A stretch of 64,000 bases of DNA from Candidatus Latescibacterota bacterium (GTDB lineage: Bacteria; Latescibacterota; UBA2968; GCA-2709665): NCBI GenBank assembly GCA_965219455.1, contig OZ244744.1:2784001-2848000 (forward strand), in the 5' to 3' direction. The translations under genes were made by a program, and so were the position numbers. The notes beneath the pieces are model-generated. The model was not told where the DNA came from. It made no database searches and worked only from the letters and a program-made list of their open reading frames with translations. Positions 1 through 10,143 of this stretch are shown here, piece by piece; position 1 is the first letter of the stretch; each line of letters starts with the position of its first letter.

Positions 1-629
1 TCTATTGGAAACCCGTCCCGCCGCCCCGGGACGGGGAGCCGGACGACAATGTCTGCGAAAGCAGACTCAGACCCGTTGAGAATCGATGGCTTGAACTGGC
101 CACCCGGTACGGTTTCGTGACGACGACCTTTCCCGTCATTCCACGGGGGACGCTGGAATTCGACGTCAAATCCCCGGATGTATCGGCGGAAGCCTGCATT
201 CTGCTGGGTGAAAACGACGGCTCCATCAAGTGTTTTCGCAAGATCCAGACGGGCATCCTGACAAACCGCATGACCGTTGCCACCGGTCATCCCACGCCAG
301 GCTTCAACACGTTTGACAATTCCGTTGTTCCAGAAAACGACCGGACGTACCGGTTCAAAATCGCGTGGGACGCGCAAACCAACAAGCAACAAATCCGGAT
401 CGACGACGTCCCTCAGAAATACCAGGACGAGACGGAAATCGAAATCCACGGCCTATGGGGCAAGAAGAACCGGATGACGCGGGGCATCGACACCATCTCT
501 TTGCATCCCGGGTTGCTCGGTACGGCACGCCTCACTTCGATCCAGAAGGCCGAAGGCCGAACGCTCGATAATCCGCCGGACCCCCTCCGAACCTGGTGGG
601 GCAACTTCAGGCTTCGTTCCCAGGATTAA
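1..629 (+). CDS. Hypothetical protein, C-terminal part (5'-truncated by the window edge)
   Basis: The frame of ORF 117..629 is open back to position 3. Beta-rich sequence; same strand as the downstream cluster. Confidence 0.6.
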   Translation, partial: YWKPVPPPRDGEPDDNVCESRLRPVENRWLELATRYGFVTTTFPVIPRGTLEFDVKSPDVSAEACILLGENDGSIKCFRKIQTGILTNRMTVATGHPTPGFNTFDNSVVPENDRTYRFKIAWDAQTNKQQIRIDDVPQKYQDETEIEIHGLWGKKNRMTRGIDTISLHPGLLGTARLTSIQKAEGRTLDNPPDPLRTWWGNFRLRSQD

Positions 630-679
630 TCGGTGGCCCACTGCCGAAAACGAACCCATATTCTCCACGGAAGGTTGAT

Positions 680-3028
680 ATGCCAGCCATTCGGTATCCA
701 TGTACGATGTACAAGCCCGACGATCTCGCCCGCGCCAGGGAGAATATCAAGCGCCACGCCTGGGCAAGGAAGCTCTATGGTCAGATCAAATCGCAGGCCG
801 AATACTATCTGACGATGGACAGGGACCGGATGCGGTCCTTCATCAGCGACCAAACCCCGCTCGTCACCGTCGTCTGTCCCAACTGCGGCTGCGGCCCCTG
901 GTACGCCTACAGCCTGATCAACCACGGCGCCACCCTTCAATGCACCGACTGCAAAACGACGTGGGACTGGGATCCGGAAGACACTTCCGAAACATGGAAT
1001 ATACAGGCGGTCATTCGCACGTACCGCCTGCAATACATCCTTGGCGGCCTGGAAAGCGCTGGTCTCGTCTACGGAATCGACGGCGACGTGCGGTACGCCG
1101 AGATAGCCGCCATCCTTGTCGAACGCTTCGCGGAAGTCTTCGAGAACTATCGCCTCAACCAGGTGAACAAGAACGTCTGGCACGATCGGAACGATCCCCT
1201 TTACGGGAAGATCGACGGATGGAAGCAGCGGGATGCCGGGTGCGCACGTAAAGTGCTGATTGCCTATGACCTCATACGAGACTCGGGCGTTCTCGATACC
1301 GAACAGCGCAGATCCATCGATGCCTTTGTGGAATATGTGCGTGACTATTTCGTCGAATCTTTCAACAACCCAGGATCCTCGACTCTGGAAGGCTACTCGT
1401 ATTCCGATGACCTTTCCCCCTATCTCTCTCACTACTCCATCCAGGATCACGGCGGCGCATGGTGGTGCATCGCGGCTTCGGCCGCGCTGACCGGTGACAG
1501 GGAAATCCTGCAATCCGTTGTCACGCTATACGAAGACATGCTCAGGCCGGAGGCCGGAGTCTTCTTCCAGGATGGCGCATTCTACGAATGTACGGCCGAC
1601 TACACCCTGGGTCTGCTTCAGAATATCACGGGCATACCGGAAATCATCCGGGGCAACCTCGACACCGACGTGTACGCCAACCCCCGATGCACCCTTCTGG
1701 AGAAATGTTATGCATGGTTTCTGGATGCCGCCTTCCCGAACGACACCCACCCGGCGATCAACGACTCGCACGTCGGAAGTCCGCTGCGACCCTTCTGTTC
1801 CGAAGTCGCCTATATCGTCTACAACAACCAGAAAGCGCTGCGCCACCTCAAGGCAATCTGGGGTCCGGACTTGAACGGCGGCACGGAATACTCCCTCTTC
1901 TACAGAGATCCGGACGCCGCGTTCGAAAGCGACGGCGAGCCCTACGCGGCGGCTAGCGTCCATATGCCCGATATGGGGCTTATGATTCTTCGTCACGGCG
2001 AAGACAAGCCGTCGCGGACCATGGCCTTTATCGACTACGGTCCGTATATTCCGGCCGCACACAAGCAGAAAGACTATCTCAATTTCGTCCTGTGGTCGTG
2101 CGGGCAGGAACTCGTCACGGAAATGGGGTACAACTGGAATCCGGAGTGGGCGCGACTGTGGGAACGCGGACCGCTATCGCACAATACCGTCCTGGAATGC
2201 GCGGAACAGGGCGAGGGGGGAAAACCGCTCCTGTGGTGCGTCACGCCGGGTCCCAAGCTCGCGGAAGCGGGCCTGCCGCCGGCCAACGCGCGCGTTATCG
2301 CGCTGTTGCCTCGAAGTTCGGGTGAACCCCTCATCGCCGATATCTTTCGTGTCTCCGGAGGCGTGAGTTCGTACACATGGATGTTGCACGCCCGATCCGG
2401 GAACCTGGAGGTCGCTGGCCTCGACGCCCTTGTACCCACAGACGTCCCCGAACCCCTGCGGTCCGGCCGGTCGGGCCGCGCGATGGAAGACGTCACCGCC
2501 ACCTGGTCGATGGATCGCGGCGGTTTGCAGACGATCATACCAAGTATCGGCGACACCACGGTTACGATTTCCGAGTGTCCTCCCGAAGAGGACGTGATCG
2601 AAGACCTGCACGCCGAGGGCGGCACCCTGAAACCGGGGGCCGTCCTCCCGTACCGCGGCCACCTCCAGGTCTCCCGATCGGGGCCAGACGCGATATTCGC
2701 CGCCTTGCACGTGCCGTTTCGGCATCGGCCACCGGCGATAGACGTTCAATGCCGAATTTTGTCCGACGACACACTGGCGCTCCGGATTTCCACAGAAGGC
2801 GAACGATTTCTCCTGTTGCATACCCTCGCACAAAACGAGGTGAGTTTCGACGGCCTTGCCCTGAAGGGACGGGCGGCAGTCGTCACGCTGACGAACGGGA
2901 TCCCCCAATCTTTCTGCCTCGCCGCCGGGACCTCCCTGGTCTATAACGAAACCGAACTTCGTCTCGAAGAAACGGGCAACGCCTATGCCGTGCGTTCAGG
3001 AGACACGTTCAAAAGGGTGGAGCTATAG
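680..3028 (+). CDS. Heparinase II/III-like (polysaccharide lyase-type) protein
   Basis: ATG at 680 after AAGG. Helical N-terminal part (YAEIAAILVERFA), DGAFYE...Y, FPNDTHPAINDS, H.QKDYLNF, SHNTV motifs typical of heparinase II/III. Also CPNC...CTDC. Confidence 0.7.
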   Translation: MPAIRYPCTMYKPDDLARARENIKRHAWARKLYGQIKSQAEYYLTMDRDRMRSFISDQTPLVTVVCPNCGCGPWYAYSLINHGATLQCTDCKTTWDWDPEDTSETWNIQAVIRTYRLQYILGGLESAGLVYGIDGDVRYAEIAAILVERFAEVFENYRLNQVNKNVWHDRNDPLYGKIDGWKQRDAGCARKVLIAYDLIRDSGVLDTEQRRSIDAFVEYVRDYFVESFNNPGSSTLEGYSYSDDLSPYLSHYSIQDHGGAWWCIAASAALTGDREILQSVVTLYEDMLRPEAGVFFQDGAFYECTADYTLGLLQNITGIPEIIRGNLDTDVYANPRCTLLEKCYAWFLDAAFPNDTHPAINDSHVGSPLRPFCSEVAYIVYNNQKALRHLKAIWGPDLNGGTEYSLFYRDPDAAFESDGEPYAAASVHMPDMGLMILRHGEDKPSRTMAFIDYGPYIPAAHKQKDYLNFVLWSCGQELVTEMGYNWNPEWARLWERGPLSHNTVLECAEQGEGGKPLLWCVTPGPKLAEAGLPPANARVIALLPRSSGEPLIADIFRVSGGVSSYTWMLHARSGNLEVAGLDALVPTDVPEPLRSGRSGRAMEDVTATWSMDRGGLQTIIPSIGDTTVTISECPPEEDVIEDLHAEGGTLKPGAVLPYRGHLQVSRSGPDAIFAALHVPFRHRPPAIDVQCRILSDDTLALRISTEGERFLLLHTLAQNEVSFDGLALKGRAAVVTLTNGIPQSFCLAAGTSLVYNETELRLEETGNAYAVRSGDTFKRVEL

Positions 3029-3090
3029 GTTTCGGCGCGTTATATTGTGCCGGTCAGAACTGCAGCCATTCATCAATACAGGAGACACGC

Positions 3091-4035
3091 ATGCCGTCCG
3101 ACTTTCTCGACCGGGTCGCCGAAGGCCATCTGCTCTGCGATGGCGGATATTATCTCGAATTCGAACGCCGTTGCCTTGGAAGCTACGCATCCAAAATCCC
3201 CATGGGCGTGCTCGACTATCCTGAAGGCGTACTCGAGCTCCATAAAGAATTCGCCCGCGCGGGCGCAGAAGTCCTTCAGGCCATGGTCTGGGGCGTTCGA
3301 CCGATGGAACGCGAAGAGGAACTCCACACGAAGGCCGTGGAACTCGCGCGCGAAGCCGCCGGACCGGGCCGTTTCGTGGCCGGCACCCTCAGCCCCTACG
3401 TTTATCTGGGTCGCTCCAAATGGGATCCCATGACCGAAGAAGACAAGACCAATGCCCGGGAATTCTTCGAGCGCCGCGTCGGCCAGCAGACCTCGGCCGG
3501 CGTAGACCTCTTCATTGTCGAAACCTTTTATTCCGTGGATGAAGTCAGCCTTGCCATTCCCTTTGTCAAACAGGCGGGGATCCCGGCCGTTGTCACCATG
3601 ACCTATCGCGACGCGGAAATTACCCGGGAAGGCTACCGCCCCGGCGAAGCCGCCAGACGCCTGGCGGACGCCGGCGCCGACGTCGTCGGTATCAATTGCA
3701 GCCGCCCCTGGTCCACCATGCGCCCGCTGATGTACGAAGTCAGGGAAGCCGTTTCCGTACCCCTGTGCGCCCAGCCCACGGGATACGAACTCGAACCGGG
3801 CGAGATTTTCAACCGACCCCTGAGTGTCGCCAACCTCTGGACGCAGGTTGAACCCCGCGTTGTCACGCGCTTTTCCATGGCTGAGTATACCGCCGAAGCC
3901 AGGCACTTGGGCATCGGCCTGATCGGCTCCTGCTGCGGCGCCCTGCCGTACCACGTCCGCGCCATGGCCGAGGCGCTTGGTAAAGCCACGGATCTGCCCG
4001 ACCTCGACCGGGGGTACCACGGTCTGGCGGGGTGA
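3091..4035 (+). CDS. Homocysteine S-methyltransferase family protein (BHMT-like)
   Basis: LCDGG, LHKEFARAGAEVLQ, IVET, GINC, GSCCG (Zn-binding cysteines); AGGAGA RBS. Confidence 0.85.
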   Translation: MPSDFLDRVAEGHLLCDGGYYLEFERRCLGSYASKIPMGVLDYPEGVLELHKEFARAGAEVLQAMVWGVRPMEREEELHTKAVELAREAAGPGRFVAGTLSPYVYLGRSKWDPMTEEDKTNAREFFERRVGQQTSAGVDLFIVETFYSVDEVSLAIPFVKQAGIPAVVTMTYRDAEITREGYRPGEAARRLADAGADVVGINCSRPWSTMRPLMYEVREAVSVPLCAQPTGYELEPGEIFNRPLSVANLWTQVEPRVVTRFSMAEYTAEARHLGIGLIGSCCGALPYHVRAMAEALGKATDLPDLDRGYHGLAG

Positions 4036-4198
4036 GACTCGAATGTGGATGAAAAAGCACGCGCGTCACCGTCTTTCCGGCAGCCCACAATCGGGGATCG
4101 AACGGGAATATGGAGACAGTATATGCGACAGGTCGTACGACGGATTGGTCGAAGCTTCGGCAAACCATCTACACCACGACGACGGGAGGAAGCCATCA

Positions 4199-5881
4199 AT
4201 GTTGAATGACATCACGGCCTGCCTCAAAAAAGGCTTTGACCTCGGTGTACGGTGGACGGACGAGAACGGCGTCTTGAACGACGCCTATGAAAACAATCGG
4301 CCGGAAAACTTCGCGCCGGCTTGCTGGGCCGTCATAGGCGCTTCACTTTACCGGCTCACCGGTGAAGGCGTGTATCTTGAGTGGACCGACCGCTGGATGA
4401 AACGCACCGCCGAGATAATGGAAGGCGCCAGAAACGCGCCCGGTTTCAGAGAATACGTGATGGGATACGGCGTGATGGTTTTCCCCATTCTATCGGACGT
4501 CCTGGACAGGGATACCCTGGAAGGCTGGGAAACCGCCTTTGCCGCTTCCTATACCGAAGACGCCGGATTGTCCGACTGCCATGTCTCCGCCGCCTCTCTG
4601 TTGTGCGACCTCGTCCTGGACAGCGGGCGGGAGGAAAAAGCCCGGAAGCGGTCCGAAGCATTCATCGCCGCGTTCAACAGGCGCCTCACGTCCGGAGGTT
4701 TTCTACGTGACGACGACGTGAACGGGCACTCCGTTGCCCACGTCTACCTTACAGGTACCTTCCTCGCCGCGGCCCTTCTCCAAAGCAAATCGGATGTCTA
4801 CGCAGCGTCCGAGGACGACCAGCGCCACGTCGAACGGCTCCTCGAGGTCATATGCAAGTGGTTTAAACGGGCCAACGGTCAATTCCATCTCCCATTCCTG
4901 GCCAGTCGGAGCATTTACCAGATGTACGTGTATCCCATGGTCGGGCTTCTCTCCTACATAGGAGAAGGTGAAGCGGCCAGCGATAGAATCCGTGCGCTGC
5001 TCGCCTTCTGTGAGTCCTTCAATCCGGAAAAGAACGTGTTCTCCCATACGCCCAACCACCTGTCGCCCTATGCCCTCGCTGGCCTGGAATGGACCTACAA
5101 TCGTCTGAACACCGACCTCGGCGCGGGCCTGGTGGCCTGGGCGCTGCTCGCGCTCCTGGTCGACCAGGGGTGGCCGGGGTTCGACGCGGTCGCCGCCACT
5201 CCCGTTCGGGACGTGGTCGATCCGGAAGCCGGGTACGCGATCCTGCACGGTGAGAAGTCCCGGCTGGCCCTCTCCCTATGCAGACACGACTGGGGCTACC
5301 ACCTGCCGCTCCAGCCGATTGCGCTCAAACTCGGCAATACCCCGATGATCGAACCCATTGCAGACGCCAAGCGGGACGGCGTCAAACATGCCTTCCATGG
5401 CCAGATCGTCGAACCGGAAAGGGCCGATCCGTTGCTGGAACCCTACTTCGGCATTCTCGTTAAAGAGGCCGGCGGGGCATACCGCATCATGGAAGGCGAC
5501 GCGGAGGCGATTGCCAACGATGAATACAGGCTCACCGGTCCACTTGGGCTGAATCTTAAACTCGATCTGAAGAACGAACTCATTCGGCTGACGTACCGGG
5601 CCACGGGTCTTAGAGACGACGACCAGGCCATTTTCTCAATTCCCATTCTCCTGTGGGACGGCAGAGAGGAGCTGACCTACAAAATCGACAACGGCACCCT
5701 GGCCCTGGGCTGGAAAGGCGCGGCCTACCGCGTATCGATAGCCGGCAACAGCGGTCCCTGGGACCTGGACATGGCGCGCTATATGCACGCGGGGTACGGG
5801 CTGACCGCGAACATGACCGTACCCGTGGCTCACGACACCTCACAACTCCACGCCACGGTCACCATCGAACGGACGGCTTGA
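4199..5881 (+). CDS. Hypothetical protein (possible alpha/alpha-toroid plus beta-sandwich)
   Basis: Long ORF; ATG at 4199 after GGAGG. No family motif recognised. Confidence 0.6.
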   Translation: MLNDITACLKKGFDLGVRWTDENGVLNDAYENNRPENFAPACWAVIGASLYRLTGEGVYLEWTDRWMKRTAEIMEGARNAPGFREYVMGYGVMVFPILSDVLDRDTLEGWETAFAASYTEDAGLSDCHVSAASLLCDLVLDSGREEKARKRSEAFIAAFNRRLTSGGFLRDDDVNGHSVAHVYLTGTFLAAALLQSKSDVYAASEDDQRHVERLLEVICKWFKRANGQFHLPFLASRSIYQMYVYPMVGLLSYIGEGEAASDRIRALLAFCESFNPEKNVFSHTPNHLSPYALAGLEWTYNRLNTDLGAGLVAWALLALLVDQGWPGFDAVAATPVRDVVDPEAGYAILHGEKSRLALSLCRHDWGYHLPLQPIALKLGNTPMIEPIADAKRDGVKHAFHGQIVEPERADPLLEPYFGILVKEAGGAYRIMEGDAEAIANDEYRLTGPLGLNLKLDLKNELIRLTYRATGLRDDDQAIFSIPILLWDGREELTYKIDNGTLALGWKGAAYRVSIAGNSGPWDLDMARYMHAGYGLTANMTVPVAHDTSQLHATVTIERTA

Positions 5882-5906
5882 AGATGTGCTATCCGCAGGT
5901 GCAACC

Positions 5907-6890
5907 ATGAACCTCGGATTCATCGGTCTGGGCAACTACTCCGGAAACCACCTGCGGGCCGTCGACAAGAATCCGGACCTGGTTCTGGTATCCGTATTCG
6001 ACGTCGTCACCGAACGCGCTGAGGAGGTTGCCCGGATCTCCGGCGCCAGACGGGCGTCCGGTATTGAAGACCTGGCCGGCGAACCCGCTGTAGACGGCGT
6101 TGTCATCACCACGCCCAACCCGCGCCACTACGATGACTTCAAGATCTGCGCGGCCCATGGCAAACACATCTTCGTCAACGTGCCCGTCACGACCAGTCGC
6201 ACGCAAGCCGCGGAAATGATGCGGCTTGCCGACGAAAAAGATCTCACCTACATGGCCGGTCACAACCTCCGCAAAAACCCGGCTATCGCACACCTGAAGA
6301 AGCGTCTGGACGCCGGCGACGTCGGCACCCTGCACTCCGTCGAAGCTTCTGTCGGAGGCGCCTCGGCTTATCATCTCACACCGGACAACTGGCGGTACCA
6401 CATCGTAAACGCGCCTCTTCTGCCCTTCGCGCAGATGGCCGTGGTCTTCATCGACCTTGTCCTGCATGTCATGGGCGCCCCTGAAAAGGTCGCCGCCTTC
6501 ATGTCCAAGAGAGACGGGGCTGGAGAATCCCCGGACCTGGGCGCAGTTATCGGCCGTTACGCCGATGGACGCCTCTCCTACATCGGCGCGTCGTACGTCT
6601 CCCAACTGGGTTACGAAATCACCTTCGTGGGCAGCGAGGCAAGAATCAAGTGGGACAGCCACGACGAAAACGCCGTCACCCGGATCGGGCTTGAGACTCA
6701 CCATAGGGAATCCTTCGACCGAATCGACGAACAGTACGAGGAACTCGCCGAATTCGCACACTGCGTCCAGACCGGCGCCACTCCCTCGGTGAGTGGCCTG
6801 GACGCCTTCAACGTCGCCGCCTACTTCGAAGCCATTGAAGAATCCATTACCACGGAACGGGCCGTTCCTTTCAGGTCTTTCGATGCATAG
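5907..6890 (+). CDS. Gfo/Idh/MocA family oxidoreductase
   Basis: GFIGLG Rossmann start, ITTPNPRH, GKHIFVNVP (EKP variant), GHNLRKNP. Confidence 0.85.
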   Translation: MNLGFIGLGNYSGNHLRAVDKNPDLVLVSVFDVVTERAEEVARISGARRASGIEDLAGEPAVDGVVITTPNPRHYDDFKICAAHGKHIFVNVPVTTSRTQAAEMMRLADEKDLTYMAGHNLRKNPAIAHLKKRLDAGDVGTLHSVEASVGGASAYHLTPDNWRYHIVNAPLLPFAQMAVVFIDLVLHVMGAPEKVAAFMSKRDGAGESPDLGAVIGRYADGRLSYIGASYVSQLGYEITFVGSEARIKWDSHDENAVTRIGLETHHRESFDRIDEQYEELAEFAHCVQTGATPSVSGLDAFNVAAYFEAIEESITTERAVPFRSFDA

Positions 6891-6891
6891 C

Positions 6892-6920
6892 AAAAAACCC
6901 TGGAGATCGCGTCTCCAGGG
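6892..6920 (-). terminator. Intrinsic terminator hairpin, copy 1
   Basis: CCCTGGAGA-tcgcg-TCTCCAGGG preceded by an A tract (U tract on the minus strand). Confidence 0.7.
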
Positions 6921-7018
6921 TCACGGCCGGACGTCCTGTCCGACCTGATTCAGATCACATCTATATGTCCAACTGACCTAAATCGAGTTGACCTGATGTC
7001 AATAATGATGGGATAATT

Positions 7019-7546
7019 CTAAGCCTCAAGTTCTTTAATTTCGTGAATGATGCCTCGATATAAAGCCTGTTTCGCCGAAATAGGCACTATGTTTTGTGCA
7101 GTTGTGAATTCTTGTGCCTCAGATAAAGAAATATCAGTATGTTTAATGAGATAATCCAGGACACGTCGATTACATTCCTTTACACCATTGAGGCGATGTT
7201 CAAGCCAAAACTGATCAAGCCGTTCTGCTTGTGGTGTTAGATAATAAATAGAGTGAATGCCAAAATTAGCTTCGGGCGTGGCCAATCGTTTTTTACCACC
7301 TAAAAATGGTATAATGCCAGTAGAATAAATCCGTTGTGAATTATGAGTAATGGTCTGTATAGATTGTCCCATCAAAAAATGATAAAGAGAAATAGCAGAT
7401 TCAAATTGCCCACCATCGGTGGAAATTTCTACATAAAGTGTGGAAGGTTGCTGTTTTGTTATTTTTGGTTTCACTTTATTTATAAAATTATCTACTGTGT
7501 CCCGACAAATGAAATCTTTAAATTCACATCTTAAAATTGAATCCAA
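7019..7546 (-). CDS. ClpP/crotonase-like serine protease domain protein
   Basis: ISTDGG, IYSTG (Ser), FGIH (His), ISAKQAL..GIIHEI; AT-rich. Confidence 0.7.
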   Translation of the reverse strand: MDSILRCEFKDFICRDTVDNFINKVKPKITKQQPSTLYVEISTDGGQFESAISLYHFLMGQSIQTITHNSQRIYSTGIIPFLGGKKRLATPEANFGIHSIYYLTPQAERLDQFWLEHRLNGVKECNRRVLDYLIKHTDISLSEAQEFTTAQNIVPISAKQALYRGIIHEIKELEA

Positions 7547-7598
7547 TTAATTATTCCGCCGAAAAGGGGAGCGGTCTGACGCAATACTGGGGAGTAAA

Positions 7599-7832
7599 CT
7601 AACCGAAGGGAGAAGGGGGCACATTTTCGTAATCTATACGTTTAGCTAATTGGCCATTTATACGATGAATGTGCAGCTCCGTTCCTAAGCCGCTCGCTAA
7701 TTCTTTTCCGTGCGAAATCGCATAGGCTTGTGTAGGGTGAACACCGAGAGGGTTATCCATGCCCGCTAACTTAACTTCCCATTTACCACCTTTTGCTGTG
7801 ACATGGATATTATTTCTTTCCACCAAACGCAC
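7599..7832 (-). CDS. DUF2188-like small protein
   Basis: HVT...GKWEVK...TQ..AI..GKELA...ELHIHRING pattern. Confidence 0.75.
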   Translation of the reverse strand: MRLVERNNIHVTAKGGKWEVKLAGMDNPLGVHPTQAYAISHGKELASGLGTELHIHRINGQLAKRIDYENVPPSPFG

Positions 7833-7976
7833 CTCCTGTGGGCGATACTTCAGGGACTACTTTATCGCGCCAGACCTGCCTTAATATACTCACGGGAGGA
7901 CTTTCGTCAATAGTCACGTTCGATCTCTAATTTGATCAGGCACCGATTTTTTCATACAAATTTCCAACGGGCGGTT

Positions 7977-8085
7977 TTAAGTTATTGTGGGTTGTTTTCC
8001 CAAGGGTGGAAAGGGATCATTCCAATAGCTGTTACGATCACGAATTCGTCCATAAGGCCGATGGATGAATAACTCAGTTTGTAAA
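7977..8085 (-). pseudogene. Remnant of a second DUF2188-like gene (C-terminal part)
   Basis: TELFIHRPYGRIRDRNSYWNDPFPP matches the DUF2188 C-terminus; the N-terminal half is not recognisable. Confidence 0.55.
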
Positions 8086-8173
8086 CCTTGAGTGTCTTCC
8101 TCGTTGTTTCTTACACAATTGATTTTACGGGATTTAGCCATCACCGGGTAATTATCTATATAGGCCCAATTGT

Positions 8174-8201
8174 AAAAACCCTGGAGATCGCGTCTCCAGG
8201 G
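8174..8201 (-). terminator. Intrinsic terminator hairpin, copy 2 (28 bp identical to 6893-6920)
   Basis: AAAAACCCTGGAGATCGCGTCTCCAGGG. Confidence 0.7.
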
Positions 8202-8355
8202 CTCCGGCCGATTCAATTCGGCGACCGTCATTGTAATACTTCAGCCGCAGGATTTCGAATCTGAGCATTTGACTTCTCTACCTCTTCATCCGAGGCACGT
8301 CGATAGGATATATATTGTTCATCGAGTATTGATAATGCATCAATAGGGTTTCTGC

Positions 8356-8847
8356 TTATCTATAAATCTTCACTATCCGCAACCCTCGATGAATAGCGTG
8401 TGTTTGACCGTCGTGTTTAATGAACAGTTCCAAGGATCGAATCTTATTCGCCGCCGTTAAATTATCTACAATAATGAAGAAGGGCTGAGAAGTTGTATGA
8501 AGTTCTTTTGGTCCGAGTTTGACATCCTCAGTCGCCACACTAGCCAATTGAGCAATTACGAAACCGTGTTGATCGACAAAGCGAACACCATAGTCAACTA
8601 CAATCGGTTTCTTGTTCTCGTTCTTCCACTGTATCCGATACCCACCGGACACGTATATTTGCTGACCATGAGGACTATAAGAAATAAGTCTCCACTGAAT
8701 ATTATGGGCCTCTAAACTTATCACCTTCCAAGCGCCTCGCTCCTCAGACCGTAGATCGGTATCCAGGGAGGCGAACGTATTCTTCATTTGATCGCGGCAG
8801 GATAACGTATGGACGAAGGTGAATAGGATTATAATATATGGTTTCAT
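8356..8847 (-). CDS. Putative lipoprotein
   Basis: MKPYIIILFTFVHTLSC signal/lipobox-like N-terminus. Confidence 0.55.
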   Translation of the reverse strand: MKPYIIILFTFVHTLSCRDQMKNTFASLDTDLRSEERGAWKVISLEAHNIQWRLISYSPHGQQIYVSGGYRIQWKNENKKPIVVDYGVRFVDQHGFVIAQLASVATEDVKLGPKELHTTSQPFFIIVDNLTAANKIRSLELFIKHDGQTHAIHRGLRIVKIYR

Positions 8848-8854
8848 TTGGGCC

Positions 8855-9385
8855 TCACCAGTCACACACGATGGGATTTAATTTACGGACACCTTTTAAT
8901 CTTCCGGATTCATATACCAATTCTAAACAAGTACCGTCGTTGTCACGCTGTAACCAAGAACCCACCGGCCTTCCATACTCATAATGTTGTCTGGATTCAG
9001 ATTCGCCATTGTTGCTATTCATATACCATGAGCCGTGCTTTTCACCAAGATGCATACGGCCAACATAAACCCTGTTTAACAACACCAGCGTCGTATCCGT
9101 TCCAGGCGGACCGGGAAGATTATGAAAGGCCCTGGCATATGTTCCATAACCGTGCGGTCTGCCATTTGGACATTTTCCAGACCAACTGATATTCTGTTCT
9201 TTATGTACATACTTTGTCCACCAATAACATTCTGGTGGACTGTCCATTTTTAACCAGCAATGTTTCCCCAATAATTCATCTGTACAAATTTGTCCCGGTT
9301 CAATTGTCGCAGGTGCTTCCACTACTTTTCGAACAGAAGTACAAAATACGAAAAGAAAAGAGCACAATATAATTCGCGTATACAT
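8855..9385 (-). CDS. Putative exported protein with MORN-like repeats
   Basis: Signal peptide; WSGKC.NG.PHG.G, YVG.M..G.KHG.W, YEYG.PVG.W units. Confidence 0.6.
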   Translation of the reverse strand: MYTRIILCSFLFVFCTSVRKVVEAPATIEPGQICTDELLGKHCWLKMDSPPECYWWTKYVHKEQNISWSGKCPNGRPHGYGTYARAFHNLPGPPGTDTTLVLLNRVYVGRMHLGEKHGSWYMNSNNGESESRQHYEYGRPVGSWLQRDNDGTCLELVYESGRLKGVRKLNPIVCDW

Positions 9386-9386
9386 A

Positions 9387-9905
9387 TCAAGTCGCTACTC
9401 CTATTTGAAACCAAAACCAATATTGTTCGTACATATCACCGATCTTCAAAGCGAGTTTCATGCCGACTTTAGCACTTTTGGAATTCTTTGATAACAACCC
9501 AGCTAATTTCCAATGAAATGCGAAATGGCCCCAATACACTTCCTCCGTAGAACGAGACAGCTCACGCATTTGACTACGAGGCAATATAACTATTGGATAC
9601 ATCGGCTGTCCGTGCCGCCCTCCCAATTTCCTATAAGCACCGGACGCAGCTATATAGGTAGAACTATCCCAAAATATACGTATAGGTTCTTGAGTCCGAC
9701 TGATTAAAAGTACTTCAATTGTCTCGCGATCAAGCATACGGAAATTTACGGAAATATCATCATTCAAATATTCAATTCGTGAGCCCTTGGTCGCACGGCC
9801 TTTACCTGCTGGTGCCGCAACTTCCGTCATTACTAAGGTACGTTCAGGCTCGACAGTTGCGCAACTACAGAACAATAAACAGACCAAGACCATTCGGCCA
9901 TACAT
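9387..9905 (-). CDS. Putative lipoprotein
   Basis: MYGRMVLVCLLFCSCAT lipobox-like N-terminus; GGAG RBS. Confidence 0.55.
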   Translation of the reverse strand: MYGRMVLVCLLFCSCATVEPERTLVMTEVAAPAGKGRATKGSRIEYLNDDISVNFRMLDRETIEVLLISRTQEPIRIFWDSSTYIAASGAYRKLGGRHGQPMYPIVILPRSQMRELSRSTEEVYWGHFAFHWKLAGLLSKNSKSAKVGMKLALKIGDMYEQYWFWFQIGVAT

Positions 9906-10143
9906 ATTACTCTCCACCCTCACTCTCGAAATTCCTCCTAAACCCCTCCCCCGTATAGTTCCTCGCGCTACCTATTTTCAACCGACCCAATATCGCACCT
10001 GCGCCATTTTGAATCTCGACCGCCGTCCCGGTCGCCGGAGCATTATCATCTAACGAGAAAGCAAAAACACGAGGCCGAGTTGTAAGGCAGGGAGATAGAG
10101 TATTAATGTAATTGACATAAGGTATAGGTCTCCCTATTTTTGT

